64,000 nucleotides of DNA from an uncultured Thermoleophilia bacterium (GCA_963702475.1 CAVPCT010000002.1:64001-128000), one strand, 5' to 3'; shown: positions 29,593 through 40,598, counted from the first letter of the stretch. A program made the numbers and translations. The notes: generated from the letters alone by a model not told the origin.

Positions 29593-30639
29593 ATGAGCGC
29601 ACGAGAGTCAGACGAGGCAGCCAGGTCGGGCACCGCCGGCACTCCCGGCACTCCCGGCAGCGCCGGCGAGCGGACCGTCGCCTGGCTCCACGATGAGCAT
29701 CTCCATGTCGACGACGAGTGGGCGGTCGAGACGCCGCACGGCTTCACCTGGTGGCCCGACATGCAGGCGCAGACCATCGAGGTCATCGGCCGCGAGCAGG
29801 CCGGGCCCGACGGGCCGGTCGGCCATTTCGTCTCGGTCAAGACCGAGCTGCTGCGCTCGGTCGAACTGGACACGGCCGCAGGGTCGGTGCTGAGCGACGC
29901 GCTCATGCTGTCGTCGGCCATGACCGGCGTCGTGTACGACGAGGCGCGACAGGCGCTCGACCTGCACTCGCTGGTCACGGTGACCGACGAGAACATGTCG
30001 TGGATGCGCAGCCTCCTCGGCGCGGCGGCCATGATGCAGATCGCCGAGGCGCGGGCCATCGCGCCGCAGCTCGCCGGGGCGCTCAACGCAGCGGTCTCGG
30101 GCGGCGGCCACCCGGACAAGGGCCCGCGCCCCGAGCCGGATCCCATCGTCGGCGCGATCTTCGACCTCCTCGTCTCTCCCGGCCAGGAGCCGTGCCGCTG
30201 GACCAAAGAGGAGTTCAAGGAGGCGTTCGAGCAGGGAGTGGACCAGGCCCCCGCGTCCTCGGCGCGCCTCGAGGACAAGGGTGGCTTCGTCGTGCAGGTG
30301 CCGGTGGGCGATGAGTTCACGGTGATCTGCCGCGTGCTCTCCTCGGAGCCGCACCCGCGCTACGGCAACGGGCTGTTCGTGCTGCAGCAGTTCCCGCTGA
30401 CCCCACCGACGGAAGAGGACGGGATCGGGCTCGCGCTCGCGCTCAACGGCCTCGAGCTCGCGCAGCGGCCCTTCGGCTACGGGTTCGGCAGCTACGCCGC
30501 GCGCAAGAAGGACTTCTACTTCCTGTCGTTCCTGCCCAACGCGGTGTACGTCCCCGGCCTGCTGCTCAACATCTACTGGTCATGCGTGCAGCGAGTGCAG
30601 GCGGTGCACGCCGTGCTCACGTCGCAGGGTGAGGAATAG
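29593..30639 (+). CDS. Hypothetical protein
   Basis: Long ORF with GC3-rich codon use; no family recognised. Confidence 0.7.
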   Translation: MSARESDEAARSGTAGTPGTPGSAGERTVAWLHDEHLHVDDEWAVETPHGFTWWPDMQAQTIEVIGREQAGPDGPVGHFVSVKTELLRSVELDTAAGSVLSDALMLSSAMTGVVYDEARQALDLHSLVTVTDENMSWMRSLLGAAAMMQIAEARAIAPQLAGALNAAVSGGGHPDKGPRPEPDPIVGAIFDLLVSPGQEPCRWTKEEFKEAFEQGVDQAPASSARLEDKGGFVVQVPVGDEFTVICRVLSSEPHPRYGNGLFVLQQFPLTPPTEEDGIGLALALNGLELAQRPFGYGFGSYAARKKDFYFLSFLPNAVYVPGLLLNIYWSCVQRVQAVHAVLTSQGEE

Positions 30640-30780
30640 CAGGCCAGGTCCATGCAAGCCCCCGAGGTCCTGGCGGACTGTCCGCTCTTCCGTCCCCTGT
30701 GGCCTCTACAGTGGGTGTACGCGGGACTCCGCGGAGCATCGGGCTCCGCGGTAGGGCCGCGCCGGCGAAAGGGGGCTGTG

Positions 30781-30984
30781 GTGGGTGATGTCAACTTCGT
30801 GGCGTTCGACTCCGAGACCGGCAGGCCGACGGCGTCCATCTCAGGATCGCCGGTGGACGTGGCCGACTTCCTCGCCATCTGGATGAAGAACAACGAGGAG
30901 GGTGTGTCGCTCGCACGGCAGTTGGGGGTCGACTTCGGGCGCTCGTTCCCCGGGGCGGGTCCCGACGACGAGGCCGAGGAGTGA
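30781..30984 (+). CDS. Small hypothetical protein
   Basis: VGDVNFVAFDSETGRPT...; ends 7 nt before rmuC; start uncertain. Confidence 0.4.
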   Translation: MGDVNFVAFDSETGRPTASISGSPVDVADFLAIWMKNNEEGVSLARQLGVDFGRSFPGAGPDDEAEE

Positions 30985-30991
30985 AGGCCTG

Positions 30992-32374
30992 GTGAACGCT
31001 GCCGCCCTCTGGCTGCTCGTCGTTCTCGTCCTCGCCGAGGGCGTGCTGCTGGTCGCCCTGTTCGTGCGTTCAGGGCAGGGCGGACGCGGGGCCACGGCCG
31101 ACCTGCGCGCCGAGCTGCGCTCGGCGCGCGAGGAGTCGGCCGCAGCCGCGGCCGCCCAGCGTAGCGAGCTGTCGCGCGGCATCGCCGCGTCCAACGAGAC
31201 CGTGCGGCTCACGCTGACCGGCATGGCCGAGGTGCAGCGCACCCAACTCGACGGGCTCGACAAGCGTCTGCGCGAGCTCAGCGAGTCCAATCAGGCGTCG
31301 CTGAACGTCATCCGTCAGACTGTCGACGTCCGCGTACGGGAGCTCCAGGAGGGCAACGAGAAGAAGCTCGACGAGATGCGCCGCACGGTGGACGAGAGGT
31401 TGCAGTCCACCCTCGAGAGGCGCCTGGGCGAGTCGTTCCAGCTGGTCAGCAGGCAGCTCGAGTCGGTGCAGCAGGGGCTGGGGGAGATGCAGAGCCTCGC
31501 GAGCGGCGTGGGCGACCTCAAGCGAGTGCTCACCAACGTCAAGGCGCGCGGCACGTGGGCAGAGGTCCAACTGGGCGCACTGCTCGACGAGATCCTGGCG
31601 CCGGGCCAGTTCGAGCGCAACGTGCACGTCGAACCCGGCTCCCGCGAGGTCGTCGAGTACGCGGTCAAGCTGCCGGGCCCGAAGGATGAACCCGGCGTCT
31701 GCGTGTGGCTGCCCATCGACTCCAAGCTCCCTCAGGAGGACTACGTGCGCATCCAGGATGCCGCCGACGCCGGCGACGCCGTCGCCACGGAGGCGGCCGC
31801 GGCGGGGCTGGCGCGGGCCGTCCGTCTGGCGGCGCAGGACATCCACACCAAGTACGTCAAGCCGCCGCACACCACCGACTTCGCCATCATGTTCCTGGGC
31901 ACGGAGGGGTTGTACGCCGAGGTGGTGCGCCGGCCGGCGCTGTGCGACGAGCTACAGCACCGGTACCGCATCGTCGTCGCCGGTCCAACGACGCTCGCGG
32001 CTCTGCTCAGCAGCCTGCGTGTGGGCTTCCAGACGATGGCCATCGAGCAGCAGGCGGTCGAGGTCTGGCGCGTGCTCGGCGCCGTCAAGAGCGAGTTCGC
32101 CAGGTTCGGCGAGGTGCTGGACAAGGTCAAGCGGCAGCTGGCCACGGCAAGCCGTACCATCGAGGAGACCGGCGTGCGCACCCGCGCCATGGAGCGCAAG
32201 CTGCGGGCCGTCGAGCAGCTCCCGGACGAAGAGTCGAGAGCAGTCCTCGATCTGGCGCCGGGCGAGTCTGCTGCGCTCGAGGCGGTGCCGGACGAGGTAG
32301 CGCTGCTCGAGCCGGTATCTATCGAACCGGCCCCGGGCGGGCCGCTGCCGGACGACGAGAGCGCCCGAGTGTGA
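30992..32374 (+). CDS. rmuC: DNA recombination protein RmuC
   Basis: N-terminal TM, coiled coil, LTNVKARGTWAE, LPIDSKLPQEDY, KYVKPPHTTDFAIMFL, GPTT. Confidence 0.93.
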   Translation: MNAAALWLLVVLVLAEGVLLVALFVRSGQGGRGATADLRAELRSAREESAAAAAAQRSELSRGIAASNETVRLTLTGMAEVQRTQLDGLDKRLRELSESNQASLNVIRQTVDVRVRELQEGNEKKLDEMRRTVDERLQSTLERRLGESFQLVSRQLESVQQGLGEMQSLASGVGDLKRVLTNVKARGTWAEVQLGALLDEILAPGQFERNVHVEPGSREVVEYAVKLPGPKDEPGVCVWLPIDSKLPQEDYVRIQDAADAGDAVATEAAAAGLARAVRLAAQDIHTKYVKPPHTTDFAIMFLGTEGLYAEVVRRPALCDELQHRYRIVVAGPTTLAALLSSLRVGFQTMAIEQQAVEVWRVLGAVKSEFARFGEVLDKVKRQLATASRTIEETGVRTRAMERKLRAVEQLPDEESRAVLDLAPGESAALEAVPDEVALLEPVSIEPAPGGPLPDDESARV

Positions 32375-32386
32375 GCTTGTCGCCCG

Positions 32387-32926
32387 TCACGCGGGTCGGT
32401 GCAGGCCGTCGACCAGCGACTGTGCCCTCGGCAGCAGCACGTCGTCCTCCACCGCCAGGTGCCGGCGCAGGCCAGTGTCCAGTTCCCGCAGGGTGCGGTA
32501 GGCGAGGTCGTAGGTGGCGCAGGCGTCAAACGGCAGGGCGTAGTCCATCGTCAGGTCGCGGAGCAGGTCCAGCGACGCCAGCAACTGTCGATGGTCGTCG
32601 GGGAGAGCCGCGAGCGAGGTGATCAGCGTCGCCGTGTCCTCGCGAGCCACCGGCGTGCCGTGGCGTACCGCCTTCTCGGTGCGCCGCAGGGCGGCGAAGA
32701 AGGCGTCCTCCTCGCTCTGCAGGTGGGCCCGCAGCGCCGCCGTCAGATCGTCGCCGGCCGCCGCGACCTCGTCGAGCTCGGGGTGCTGCGCGGCGTGCAC
32801 GTCGCGGATGCGCCGCGCGTACGCCGCCGCCCGCGGCGCCAGCTCTCGCAGAGAGCGGTGGTCCGTGGCCGTGAGGTGATCGGCCAGGCGCGTCAGCGTC
32901 CAATCGCTGGGGTCATCCGGTGACAT
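32387..32926 (-). CDS. Hemerythrin-like di-iron protein (Ric/ScdA C-terminal type)
   Basis: VHAAQHPEL, HLQSEE..FF, DDH, ACATY, HLAVEDDVLLP. Confidence 0.8.
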   Translation of the reverse strand: MSPDDPSDWTLTRLADHLTATDHRSLRELAPRAAAYARRIRDVHAAQHPELDEVAAAGDDLTAALRAHLQSEEDAFFAALRRTEKAVRHGTPVAREDTATLITSLAALPDDHRQLLASLDLLRDLTMDYALPFDACATYDLAYRTLRELDTGLRRHLAVEDDVLLPRAQSLVDGLHRPA

Positions 32927-32933
32927 GCTTCGG

Positions 32934-33588
32934 CTATGACTGCGGGAACCAGGAGAGCAGGCCGCGCGCCAGCTCCACGTGCTCGGGGTCGTGCGGGTCG
33001 AGCTCGCCGGCCTCGATGAGGCGCTTCAGGATCATCTGCGGCTCGTCCTCGTCCAGCAGGTCGGCGGCGTCCGCGCTCCAGGCGTCGAACTCGTCGGTGA
33101 TGCTCGCGGTCGCGAAGACGGCGCTCAGGTCTCCCCAGGCCACGAACTCGGCTTCGCCACTACGGCTGAAGAGAGCGTTGTACGCGGCGATGACGTCCTC
33201 GGCGTCGTACGTGGTCACGTCGGACACGGCGAGAGCCGCGTCGGCGACGGCGATGACCTTCTCGGCCAGCGGCTTCACCTCGGGGTCGGCCAAGCGGCAC
33301 GTGCGCCTCCGCCGGCGGGAACGGCTCGCAGGATTCCGGCCTGCCGCACAGCATCTCGAGGGACCGTCGCAGCTCCACCACGCGCACGTAGGCCACGAAG
33401 TCGGCCGGGCCCTCGAAGTACTCGGGCGTCAACAGCCGTCCCTTCTCGCACTCGGGCCCTCCCCAGCACATCTGGAACACGGTGCAGAAGCTGCCCGGCT
33501 GCAGCGCCTCCGGCTGCATGCAGCCGTCGGCCGTCCCGTCCGCGAGCTTGTCGCGCCACTTGGTGAGCAGATCGTCGTGAGCGGTCAT
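32934..33588 (-). CDS. Hypothetical acidic protein (frameshift near 33295)
   Basis: GAAAGGAG RBS and ATG at 33588; the two ORF halves join with one indel. Confidence 0.55.
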
Positions 33589-33904
33589 CGGGCTCCTTTC
33601 TGAATGCGGTGCGCGGTGCGCGTCACCGGCGCCGCGGTCGCTGACTCACGGTCGTCGCGCAGCCGGACGAGACGGCGCGTCGCCTGCGCCCGGTGCTTCA
33701 GTCTGGTCGCCGGGAGGCGCTTCCAAACGTGCCACACAGGCGAGACCGGGCGGTGTCCACTCCCTCATGCCGTGTCGTGCGGCGCCTGCTGCTACGTGTC
33801 TCTTCTCGTATCGACCGGCGGGTGCGCCGGACTGAAGCGGTGACCGCGGCCGGCCGGCGTGTGCGGCCGCCGCCTCGTCGCTAGACTCACCGGCGTACCA
33901 CGAG

Positions 33905-34363
33905 ACGAGTGAGGCCTCCACGGGCGGGCACGGCGGGAAGAAGACGGGCGAGAGCCGCGGCGAAGGCGGCCGTGGAAGCGGCGCGGACTGCTACGCGTCG
34001 TACGCCTGGCGCCTGGTCGGCCTGTTCCGCTCCGAGGCGGGTTGGCTGGACCTGTGCCGCGACAGGCTCCGGTACTCCACTGCGGCCGGCGTGGTCTTCT
34101 CCGTTCCGCTCGCCGAGGTGACCGGTCTCGTGTTCCCCTGGCACTACTCGGGCGGGGGTCTGAAGCTGACGGTCGCGGGCGAGGAGTACCGCTTGGCCTT
34201 CGTGGAGCCCAACGGCGCGCGGTACCCCACCGCGGAGAGCCTCGCGGCCGGACCCGACAGGGCGTCACTGGTCCGCGTGGCCGCCGCGGCCGGCGACGCC
34301 GGCACCGGCCGCAAGGTCGGGCGCGAGTGGCGGCGCCTTCTCGAGGGTCGAGCGGGAAGCTGA
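33905..34363 (+). CDS. Hypothetical protein, canonical start missing
   Basis: Open frame SYAWRLVGLFRSEAGWLDL...FSVPLAEV...FPWHY extends well upstream of GTG 34091; ACG at 33905 may be a damaged ATG. Confidence 0.45.
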   Translation, partial: TSEASTGGHGGKKTGESRGEGGRGSGADCYASYAWRLVGLFRSEAGWLDLCRDRLRYSTAAGVVFSVPLAEVTGLVFPWHYSGGGLKLTVAGEEYRLAFVEPNGARYPTAESLAAGPDRASLVRVAAAAGDAGTGRKVGREWRRLLEGRAGS

Positions 34364-34454
34364 GACGGACGGGGCGCGGGCCGTCGGCGCGGGCCGGCCG
34401 TGCCGGTGTCAGCTCGCGCCGCGCCCGTGGCGGCCGGCGGAGCCTCGCCGGAGG

Positions 34455-35105
34455 TCAGCGCGCCGTGAGGTCCTCGCGCACGTCGCGCGCGTCCACGTGC
34501 AGCGAACGCACGAACTGGTGCCCGGTGCGCACGCGGCCCTCACGCTCGATGGGCACGAGGTAGAAGCCGTCCATGAGCGCCTGGAAGCGCTCGCCCCACT
34601 CCTCCACGTCGGCGAGCGGCATCACGAGAAGCGACGTGAACGTCTGGGCCGGCGTGAGCAGCGTCCCCAAGACCTCGATGGGCGCCGCGGAAAGCTGCGT
34701 CGGCGGCGCCTCCTCGTCCGGCACGGGCACGGCGGACAACTGGAGCACCGGGAAGCCCCGCCAGTAGACGGCTGTGGCCTCTGCCGCGCCCAGGCCGGTC
34801 CTCTCCAGGAACTGCGCCGACAGCCGCCTGGCCTCGTCGTCCCAGTCCCAGGCGGCGAGCGTTCGCGGCGGCAGTGGCCGATCGTCCGTGGTGATCAGCT
34901 GGCTGGGTGTCAGTCCCGCGGCCACATCGGCCGCCGTGGCCTCCCGCGGGAGGAAGAGGACGCTGCCCGTCACCGTGGCCGGCACGTGTGTCCGCCACGC
35001 CGCCGCCAGGCGCGGCTCGGCCGGGTCGTCGACGTGTGTGAGCCAGGCGTCCTCGTAGGCGACGCCGAAACCGTGTTGCGTGGTCGTGTAGGTGACGATC
35101 GCCAT
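34455..35105 (-). CDS. Hypothetical protein
   Basis: GGAG RBS; MAIVTYTTTQHGFGVAY...; 216 aa. Confidence 0.6.
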   Translation of the reverse strand: MAIVTYTTTQHGFGVAYEDAWLTHVDDPAEPRLAAAWRTHVPATVTGSVLFLPREATAADVAAGLTPSQLITTDDRPLPPRTLAAWDWDDEARRLSAQFLERTGLGAAEATAVYWRGFPVLQLSAVPVPDEEAPPTQLSAAPIEVLGTLLTPAQTFTSLLVMPLADVEEWGERFQALMDGFYLVPIEREGRVRTGHQFVRSLHVDARDVREDLTAR

Positions 35106-35293
35106 CACTGCGCTCCAGGACGTGGTGGCCAGAGTGTGCCCAAGGGACGGGGGGGCGGAACCGCGGGTTCGGCGGCCGTGGGGGCGGTGAGCCGTGCCTG
35201 GTCTCCGTCCTGGGTCCTTGCGACGGGCCGCCCGGCGTCCAGGGCCTGTGCGGGGGCAGGCAGACAGCGGCCGACGCCGGCGGTCCGGACTCC

Positions 35294-36769
35294 TCAGGTC
35301 TCCGCGTCCCCCATCCTCGGGACTCCGCCGGCTTTGGGCGCGGCGGCCGCCGCGGGCACGGCCGCGGCCGCCGTCCCGTCCGCGCTCTCCGGCAGGTGGT
35401 GCTTCGCCGCCACAGGCTTCACCAGCAGGTCGGCGATCAGCGCGACCACCAGGAGACAGGCCATGAGGTACATGGTCGGCGTGTAGGCGTCGGCAGGGGA
35501 CACGCCCTGCGCGATGAGCCGCTCTCGGATACCGTTGACGAGCAGCGGCCCGAGCACGCCGGCCACCGACCAGGCCGTCAGCAGGCGGCCGTGGATGGCA
35601 CCCACGTTCCTCGTCCCGAACACGTCGCTCAGGTATGCGGGGATCGTCGCGAAGCCACCGCCGTACATGGAGATGATCACGCACGTGGCGAGGATGAACA
35701 GGTACAGGCTGCCGTTGACGCCCGCGGACGGGATCGTGGCGTAGAGCACGGGGCCCAGCAGGAAGAAGACGGCGTAGGTGCGCTTGCGTCCGAGGGAGTC
35801 GGAGGACCACGACCAGAAGAAGCGGCCGCCCATGTTGAAGGCGCTGAGGAGCATGACGAACGCGGCCGCGCCGCCTGCGGCCACGCGGCCGGGGAAGAGA
35901 TCCTGGATCATCGGTGAGGCCTGCTCGAGGATGCCGATGCCGGCGGTGACGTTCAGGAGCAGCACGATCCACAACAGGTAGAACTGCGGTGTCTTGATGG
36001 CCTCTCCCGGGCTCACGCTGTGCGTGGTACGCATGTGTCCCCTGGCGGCGGCGGTCTCCGCATAGCCCCCCGGCTTCCAGCCCGGGCGCGGCACGCGAAA
36101 GCAGAACGCGCCCGTGAGCATCACGGCCAGGTACACGACGCCGAGGGTGACGAACGCCGGGATCACGCCGTTGCTCGTCGGCGTGGAGTACACGTCCATG
36201 AGCCACTTGGAGAGCGGGCTGGCGATGAACGCGCCGCCGCCGAAACCCATGATGGCGAGCCCGGTCGCCAGCCCTCGCCGGTCGGGGAACCACTTGATGA
36301 GGGTGGAGACGGGCGTGATGTACCCGATGCCCAGGCCGCAGCCGCCGATCACCCCATAGCCCAGACGCAGCAGCCAGATGTTGTGGATGCCGATGGCGAT
36401 GGCCCCGAGAAGGAAGGCCGTGCCCCAGCAGCAGGCCGAGACCACGCCGCTGGCTCGAGGCCCGGCACGCTCCACCCACTTGCCGAACACTGCGGCGGAG
36501 AGGCCGAGAAAGACGATGGCGATGGAGAAGAGGCTCGCTATCTCTCCCTGGGTCCAGTCACCGGCGGCGGCGTCGCCTGTCCCGAGCACCTGCGTCAGCG
36601 GGATCTTGAAGACGCTGAGCGCGTAGACCTCGCCGATACACAGGTGGATGGCGAGGGCGCAGGGGACGACGAGCCAGCGGTTGAAGCCGGGTCTCGCGAC
36701 GATGCGTGCCCGCGAGAGCAGACCGGGCCGGCCGCCTGCGGCCGCGGCTCCGCCGTCCGTGCCCTCCAT
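35294..36769 (-). CDS. OFA (oxalate/formate antiporter)-family MFS transporter
   Basis: FNRWLV, GYITPVSTLIKWFPDRRGLATGLAIMGFGGG, YGGGFATIPAYL, AIHGRLLTAWS. Confidence 0.9.
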   Translation of the reverse strand: MEGTDGGAAAAGGRPGLLSRARIVARPGFNRWLVVPCALAIHLCIGEVYALSVFKIPLTQVLGTGDAAAGDWTQGEIASLFSIAIVFLGLSAAVFGKWVERAGPRASGVVSACCWGTAFLLGAIAIGIHNIWLLRLGYGVIGGCGLGIGYITPVSTLIKWFPDRRGLATGLAIMGFGGGAFIASPLSKWLMDVYSTPTSNGVIPAFVTLGVVYLAVMLTGAFCFRVPRPGWKPGGYAETAAARGHMRTTHSVSPGEAIKTPQFYLLWIVLLLNVTAGIGILEQASPMIQDLFPGRVAAGGAAAFVMLLSAFNMGGRFFWSWSSDSLGRKRTYAVFFLLGPVLYATIPSAGVNGSLYLFILATCVIISMYGGGFATIPAYLSDVFGTRNVGAIHGRLLTAWSVAGVLGPLLVNGIRERLIAQGVSPADAYTPTMYLMACLLVVALIADLLVKPVAAKHHLPESADGTAAAAVPAAAAAPKAGGVPRMGDAET

Positions 36770-36894
36770 GGCGTCCTCCCGTGCGGTCCCGTCCCGGTCG
36801 GCTCCCGGGACTCTCCTGCAGGCTTCATCGGCAGCGGGCGTCGCGGTCTGAAGGCTACCGTTCCGAGTCGCGGCGGGACGCCGCGAGCCGGCGG

Positions 36895-38166
36895 TCAGGC
36901 GGCCGCCGGGCCTCCTGCGGCCGGGTCAGAGGAAACCGCCTGCGCCGCCCGGCGCAGCTCCCTCTCAGGCGCCTTGACGAGGAACAGGACCCCGCCGCCG
37001 GCGAAGAGCGCGGCGGTCACCAGGAACAGGGTGACGAAGCCCTGGCGGTCGATGCTCGTCAGGACGAGACCGAACGCCAGCGACGAGAAGGCCCCGGAGA
37101 GACTGGTCGCGACGTTGTTGTAGGCCATGTACTGCCCCGCCTCGTCGGCGGGAGACAGGTCGGCGGCGAGTGCCGGGATCACGCCGACGATCGGGCCGGT
37201 GGCCAGGGAGCGGACCGCGGCCAGCGCGAGGAAGGCGGGGAAGCTCGTGACGAAGGCCATGCCCAGCGTGAGGACACCCGAGGCGAACATGGAGACGAGG
37301 ATGAGCCGCCGCCGGCCGAGGCGGTCGCTGGCGACGCCGGCGGCGACCGCCCCGATCATCGTGCAGACCAGGCTGATGCCGCCCATGAGCCGGAATCCGT
37401 AGTCGGGGCTGATGGCCGGGAAGTACGTCTGGAAGAAGAACCGCGCGAAGAACTGCAGGCTGTTGAGCGCCATGTTGGCGAGGAACGAGGCGGCGATGAC
37501 CCAGAAGAACACGTCCGCGCGGCGGCGCACGCGGAACGAGTCGCGCATGGACGTCCAGACGCCGGGTCCGGTGGTGTGAGGCCCCGCCGGCGTGTCGCGG
37601 CCGCGCAGCGCGAGCACGGTGCCGAGCCCACTCGCCGCGAGCGCCGCCGCCAGCACCCACAGCGCCGCCCCGGTCCGGCCGGCCTGGTTGAGCACGGTGA
37701 TCAGGCCCACGCCGGCCGCCGCCCCGAGCAGGGCGTAGAAGCCGGCGACGCCCGACGCGAACCCGCGCTGCCGCTCGGGCAGTGTGTCCACGATCAGCGG
37801 CCACCAGGCTCCGTTCCCGACATTGGTGAAGCAGTACATGCCGAGAAAGCCGACCACGACCACGATCAGTGGCGGCGCATCGAAGACGGCGGCCACGGCG
37901 ATGAACGGCAGGCCGGCGAGGGTGCCGACGAGCAGAGCCGGCGTCCGCCGGCCCAGGCGGCTCGTGGAGCGGTCGCTGGCGACGCCGGCGAACAGGCTCA
38001 CCAGTACGCCGAGCAGCATGCCGGCGAAGCCGATGAGCCCGGTGATGAGGCCGCGGTACTCCATAGTCGCCTGCTCGACCAGCGTGGGGAGCAGCACGTT
38101 GTCGAAGGAGATCCAGACGAAGTTGGAGCCCAGCGTGAACAGCGCCATCGCCAGGATCCAGCCCAC
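36895..38166 (-). CDS. MFS transporter
   Basis: About 12 hydrophobic segments, SDRSTSRLGRR and SDRLGRRR loops; start may lie further upstream. Confidence 0.85.
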   Translation of the reverse strand: MGWILAMALFTLGSNFVWISFDNVLLPTLVEQATMEYRGLITGLIGFAGMLLGVLVSLFAGVASDRSTSRLGRRTPALLVGTLAGLPFIAVAAVFDAPPLIVVVVGFLGMYCFTNVGNGAWWPLIVDTLPERQRGFASGVAGFYALLGAAAGVGLITVLNQAGRTGAALWVLAAALAASGLGTVLALRGRDTPAGPHTTGPGVWTSMRDSFRVRRRADVFFWVIAASFLANMALNSLQFFARFFFQTYFPAISPDYGFRLMGGISLVCTMIGAVAAGVASDRLGRRRLILVSMFASGVLTLGMAFVTSFPAFLALAAVRSLATGPIVGVIPALAADLSPADEAGQYMAYNNVATSLSGAFSSLAFGLVLTSIDRQGFVTLFLVTAALFAGGGVLFLVKAPERELRRAAQAVSSDPAAGGPAAA

Positions 38167-38312
38167 CGTGCGATGGCCGGCCGCGCCGCGCGGTGGGGAG
38201 GGGTCAGCGTGCGTGGCGTCCGTCCTGCCGGCCAGAGTGCGCGTGACCGGGGGCGAGGGGTCCGGGCCCCGCGCCCCCGGCCTGCGCCCCGCGCGTCATC
38301 GGGGCTCCGCGC

Positions 38313-38699
38313 CTATTTGACTACCACCTTGCCGTGCATCGACGCCATTCCAGCATGGAACGTGCACATGTAGAAGAAGGTGCCCTTCTTCTTGAACGTG
38401 TACGACCAGCTCTTACCCGTGGCGAGCGTCGGGCTGGCGAACAGCCCGGTCGCCGTGGCCGACGTGCTCAGGCCGTTGGCGCTGACCACGTTGTGCGCGA
38501 TGCCGTCGAGGTTCTTCCAGGTGACTTTCGTACCCTTCTTGATGGTGACGACCTTCGGCGAGAAGGCGGAGCCGGCGATGGTCACCCGCTTCGTCTTCGC
38601 GGCCGCGGCCTCCTTTGGCGTGGCCGCGGCGGCGACGAGGGCGAGCACCAGAAGAAGGACGGCCAGCAGGATCGGGCCTGAGATCCAAGAGCGTCTCAT
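38313..38699 (-). CDS. Secreted cupredoxin (plastocyanin/azurin family)
   Basis: Signal peptide, AFSP, VTWKN.D..AHNV, YMCTFHAGMASMHG type-1 Cu ligands. Confidence 0.88.
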   Translation of the reverse strand: MRRSWISGPILLAVLLLVLALVAAAATPKEAAAAKTKRVTIAGSAFSPKVVTIKKGTKVTWKNLDGIAHNVVSANGLSTSATATGLFASPTLATGKSWSYTFKKKGTFFYMCTFHAGMASMHGKVVVK

Positions 38700-38870
38700 C
38701 GCTCTTCCTTTCGTGTGTGGTCGGGGCGCGACGGAAGGTCTGCGCTCCCACTCTGGGCGGCCGGGACGACGCCGGGCCGCCTCTGAGGCTGGTTGTACCC
38801 GCGGGACCGCGGGACGCGACCGCGTGCCGTCCTGTGCAGGGTGCGGCTCCGTCCGCGCGAACAGTCCCGC

Positions 38871-40598
38871 ATGCGTCTGATCCCGCCATCCATCGACCCG
38901 GAGACGCCGAGCGACGGGGAGCGATCGCTGTTCCGGTTGTTCGCGGAGGCGGCCGCCGGCGCGGGTGAGGGCTGGACCGTCCTGCACTCGCAGGACCTGG
39001 CGCACCACCGCCGGCAGCTCGAGGGCGAGGTCGACTTCCTCGTGATCGCTCCCGGGCTCGGCGTGCTCGCGCTGGAGGTGAAGGGGTGTCACCGCCTCCG
39101 TCGTGCGAACGGCCTGTGGTACTACGGCGCGGACCCCGAAGGTGATCCGCGCGGGCCGTTCAAGCAGGCCGCCGACGCCATGCACAGCCTGCGTCGGCGC
39201 GTCGTGAAGCACCACCCGCACCTGGTCGGCGTCCCATTCGTGTCGGCGGTGTGCTTTCCGTTCCTGGACTTCCGCGAGTCCAGCGAGGAGTGGCGCCCCT
39301 GGCAGGTCGTCGACAAGGGCAAGCTGGAGCAGCGGAGCGTCGTCGCCTGCGTCACGGCTCTGCTGCGGCAGGCGCGGAACCTCGCCGGCGAGAAGCGGGC
39401 CGCCTGGTTCGACGAGGCGGCCAGCGAGCCGACGCAGGACCAGTGCGACGACATCGTCGACCTGCTCCGCCCCGACTACGAGTTCTTCGAGAGCCCCAGG
39501 GACCGCGCGAAGCGGGTGGACGAAGCGGTCAGGCGGTACACGCGACAGCAGTTCGCAGCGTTGGATGCGATGCACAGGAACCGCCGGGTGGTCTTCGACG
39601 GCCCGGCGGGCACCGGCAAGACCATCCTGGCGCTGGAGGCAGCGCGGCGCGGCCACGCCGCGGGGCGCCGCGTTCTGCTGCTGTGTTTCAACCGGCCGCT
39701 CGCTGTGTGGCTGGCCGAGCAGGCCGCCGGTGTGGCTCAGACCGGCACCCTGCACGAGCACATGCGGCGCGCCGCCGGCATCCGCGAGGGCGCGCCCGAG
39801 CTCGCCGGCGTGGACTCGCACTTCTGGAACGAGGAGCTGCCGCAGCGCGCCTGGGACGGGCTCGTCGAGCGCTCTGCCGGCTTCGACGAGCTGATCGTCG
39901 ACGAGGCCCAGGACGTCGTCCGCGGTCCCTTTCGCGACGTGCTGGACGTGAGCGTGGCCGGCGGCCTGCAGGAGGGCTACTGGCGCTTCTTCGGCGACTT
40001 CGGCCACCAGGCGATCTACGGCGATCCGGTGGACCTGGATGCCTTCTGCGAAGAGGACGGCGGGGGGTGCGCCGTGTTCGAGCTGCGGCAGAACTGCCGC
40101 AACTCGCCGGCGGTCGCCGCTCTGGCCTGCACCGGCGCCGGCATCGGGTCGTACCCGACGGTGCTGCGCGCCGACGACGACGAGCCGCCGGCGGTGCTCT
40201 TCTACGGCGACGCCACGCCGCAGCGCGAGCTGCTCTGCGCCGCTCTGGACGGACTCGCCGCCGCCGGCTTCACCGGTCCGCAGGTCGCCGTGCTCAGCAC
40301 GCACCGGGACGCGCTGAGCGCAGCGGCGTCGCTCACGGAGCCGCCGTGGCGCGACCGGCTCGCGCCGCTCGTGCACGACGGACCACTCGGTCCGATCGTC
40401 GAGGTGCACGGGAACAAGACGTGCTACGCCAGCGTGTACCGGTTCAAGGGGCTGGAGGCGCGGGCCGTCGTCCTCACCGACGTCGAGCATCTGGATACCG
40501 CCCTCGAACGTGACCTGTTCTACATCGGCGCCACGCGCGCCACGCAGCGTCTCGTGGTGCTCGCGCACGACAGCCTCCGGGGCCGCCTGCCCGCGTGA
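38871..40598 (+). CDS. NERD nuclease domain fused to SF1 (UvrD-like) helicase
   Basis: GEVDFLV..LEVKG..Q (NERD); GPAGTGKT, DEAQD, NCRNS, FKGLE, YIGATRA. Confidence 0.88.
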   Translation: MRLIPPSIDPETPSDGERSLFRLFAEAAAGAGEGWTVLHSQDLAHHRRQLEGEVDFLVIAPGLGVLALEVKGCHRLRRANGLWYYGADPEGDPRGPFKQAADAMHSLRRRVVKHHPHLVGVPFVSAVCFPFLDFRESSEEWRPWQVVDKGKLEQRSVVACVTALLRQARNLAGEKRAAWFDEAASEPTQDQCDDIVDLLRPDYEFFESPRDRAKRVDEAVRRYTRQQFAALDAMHRNRRVVFDGPAGTGKTILALEAARRGHAAGRRVLLLCFNRPLAVWLAEQAAGVAQTGTLHEHMRRAAGIREGAPELAGVDSHFWNEELPQRAWDGLVERSAGFDELIVDEAQDVVRGPFRDVLDVSVAGGLQEGYWRFFGDFGHQAIYGDPVDLDAFCEEDGGGCAVFELRQNCRNSPAVAALACTGAGIGSYPTVLRADDDEPPAVLFYGDATPQRELLCAALDGLAAAGFTGPQVAVLSTHRDALSAAASLTEPPWRDRLAPLVHDGPLGPIVEVHGNKTCYASVYRFKGLEARAVVLTDVEHLDTALERDLFYIGATRATQRLVVLAHDSLRGRLPA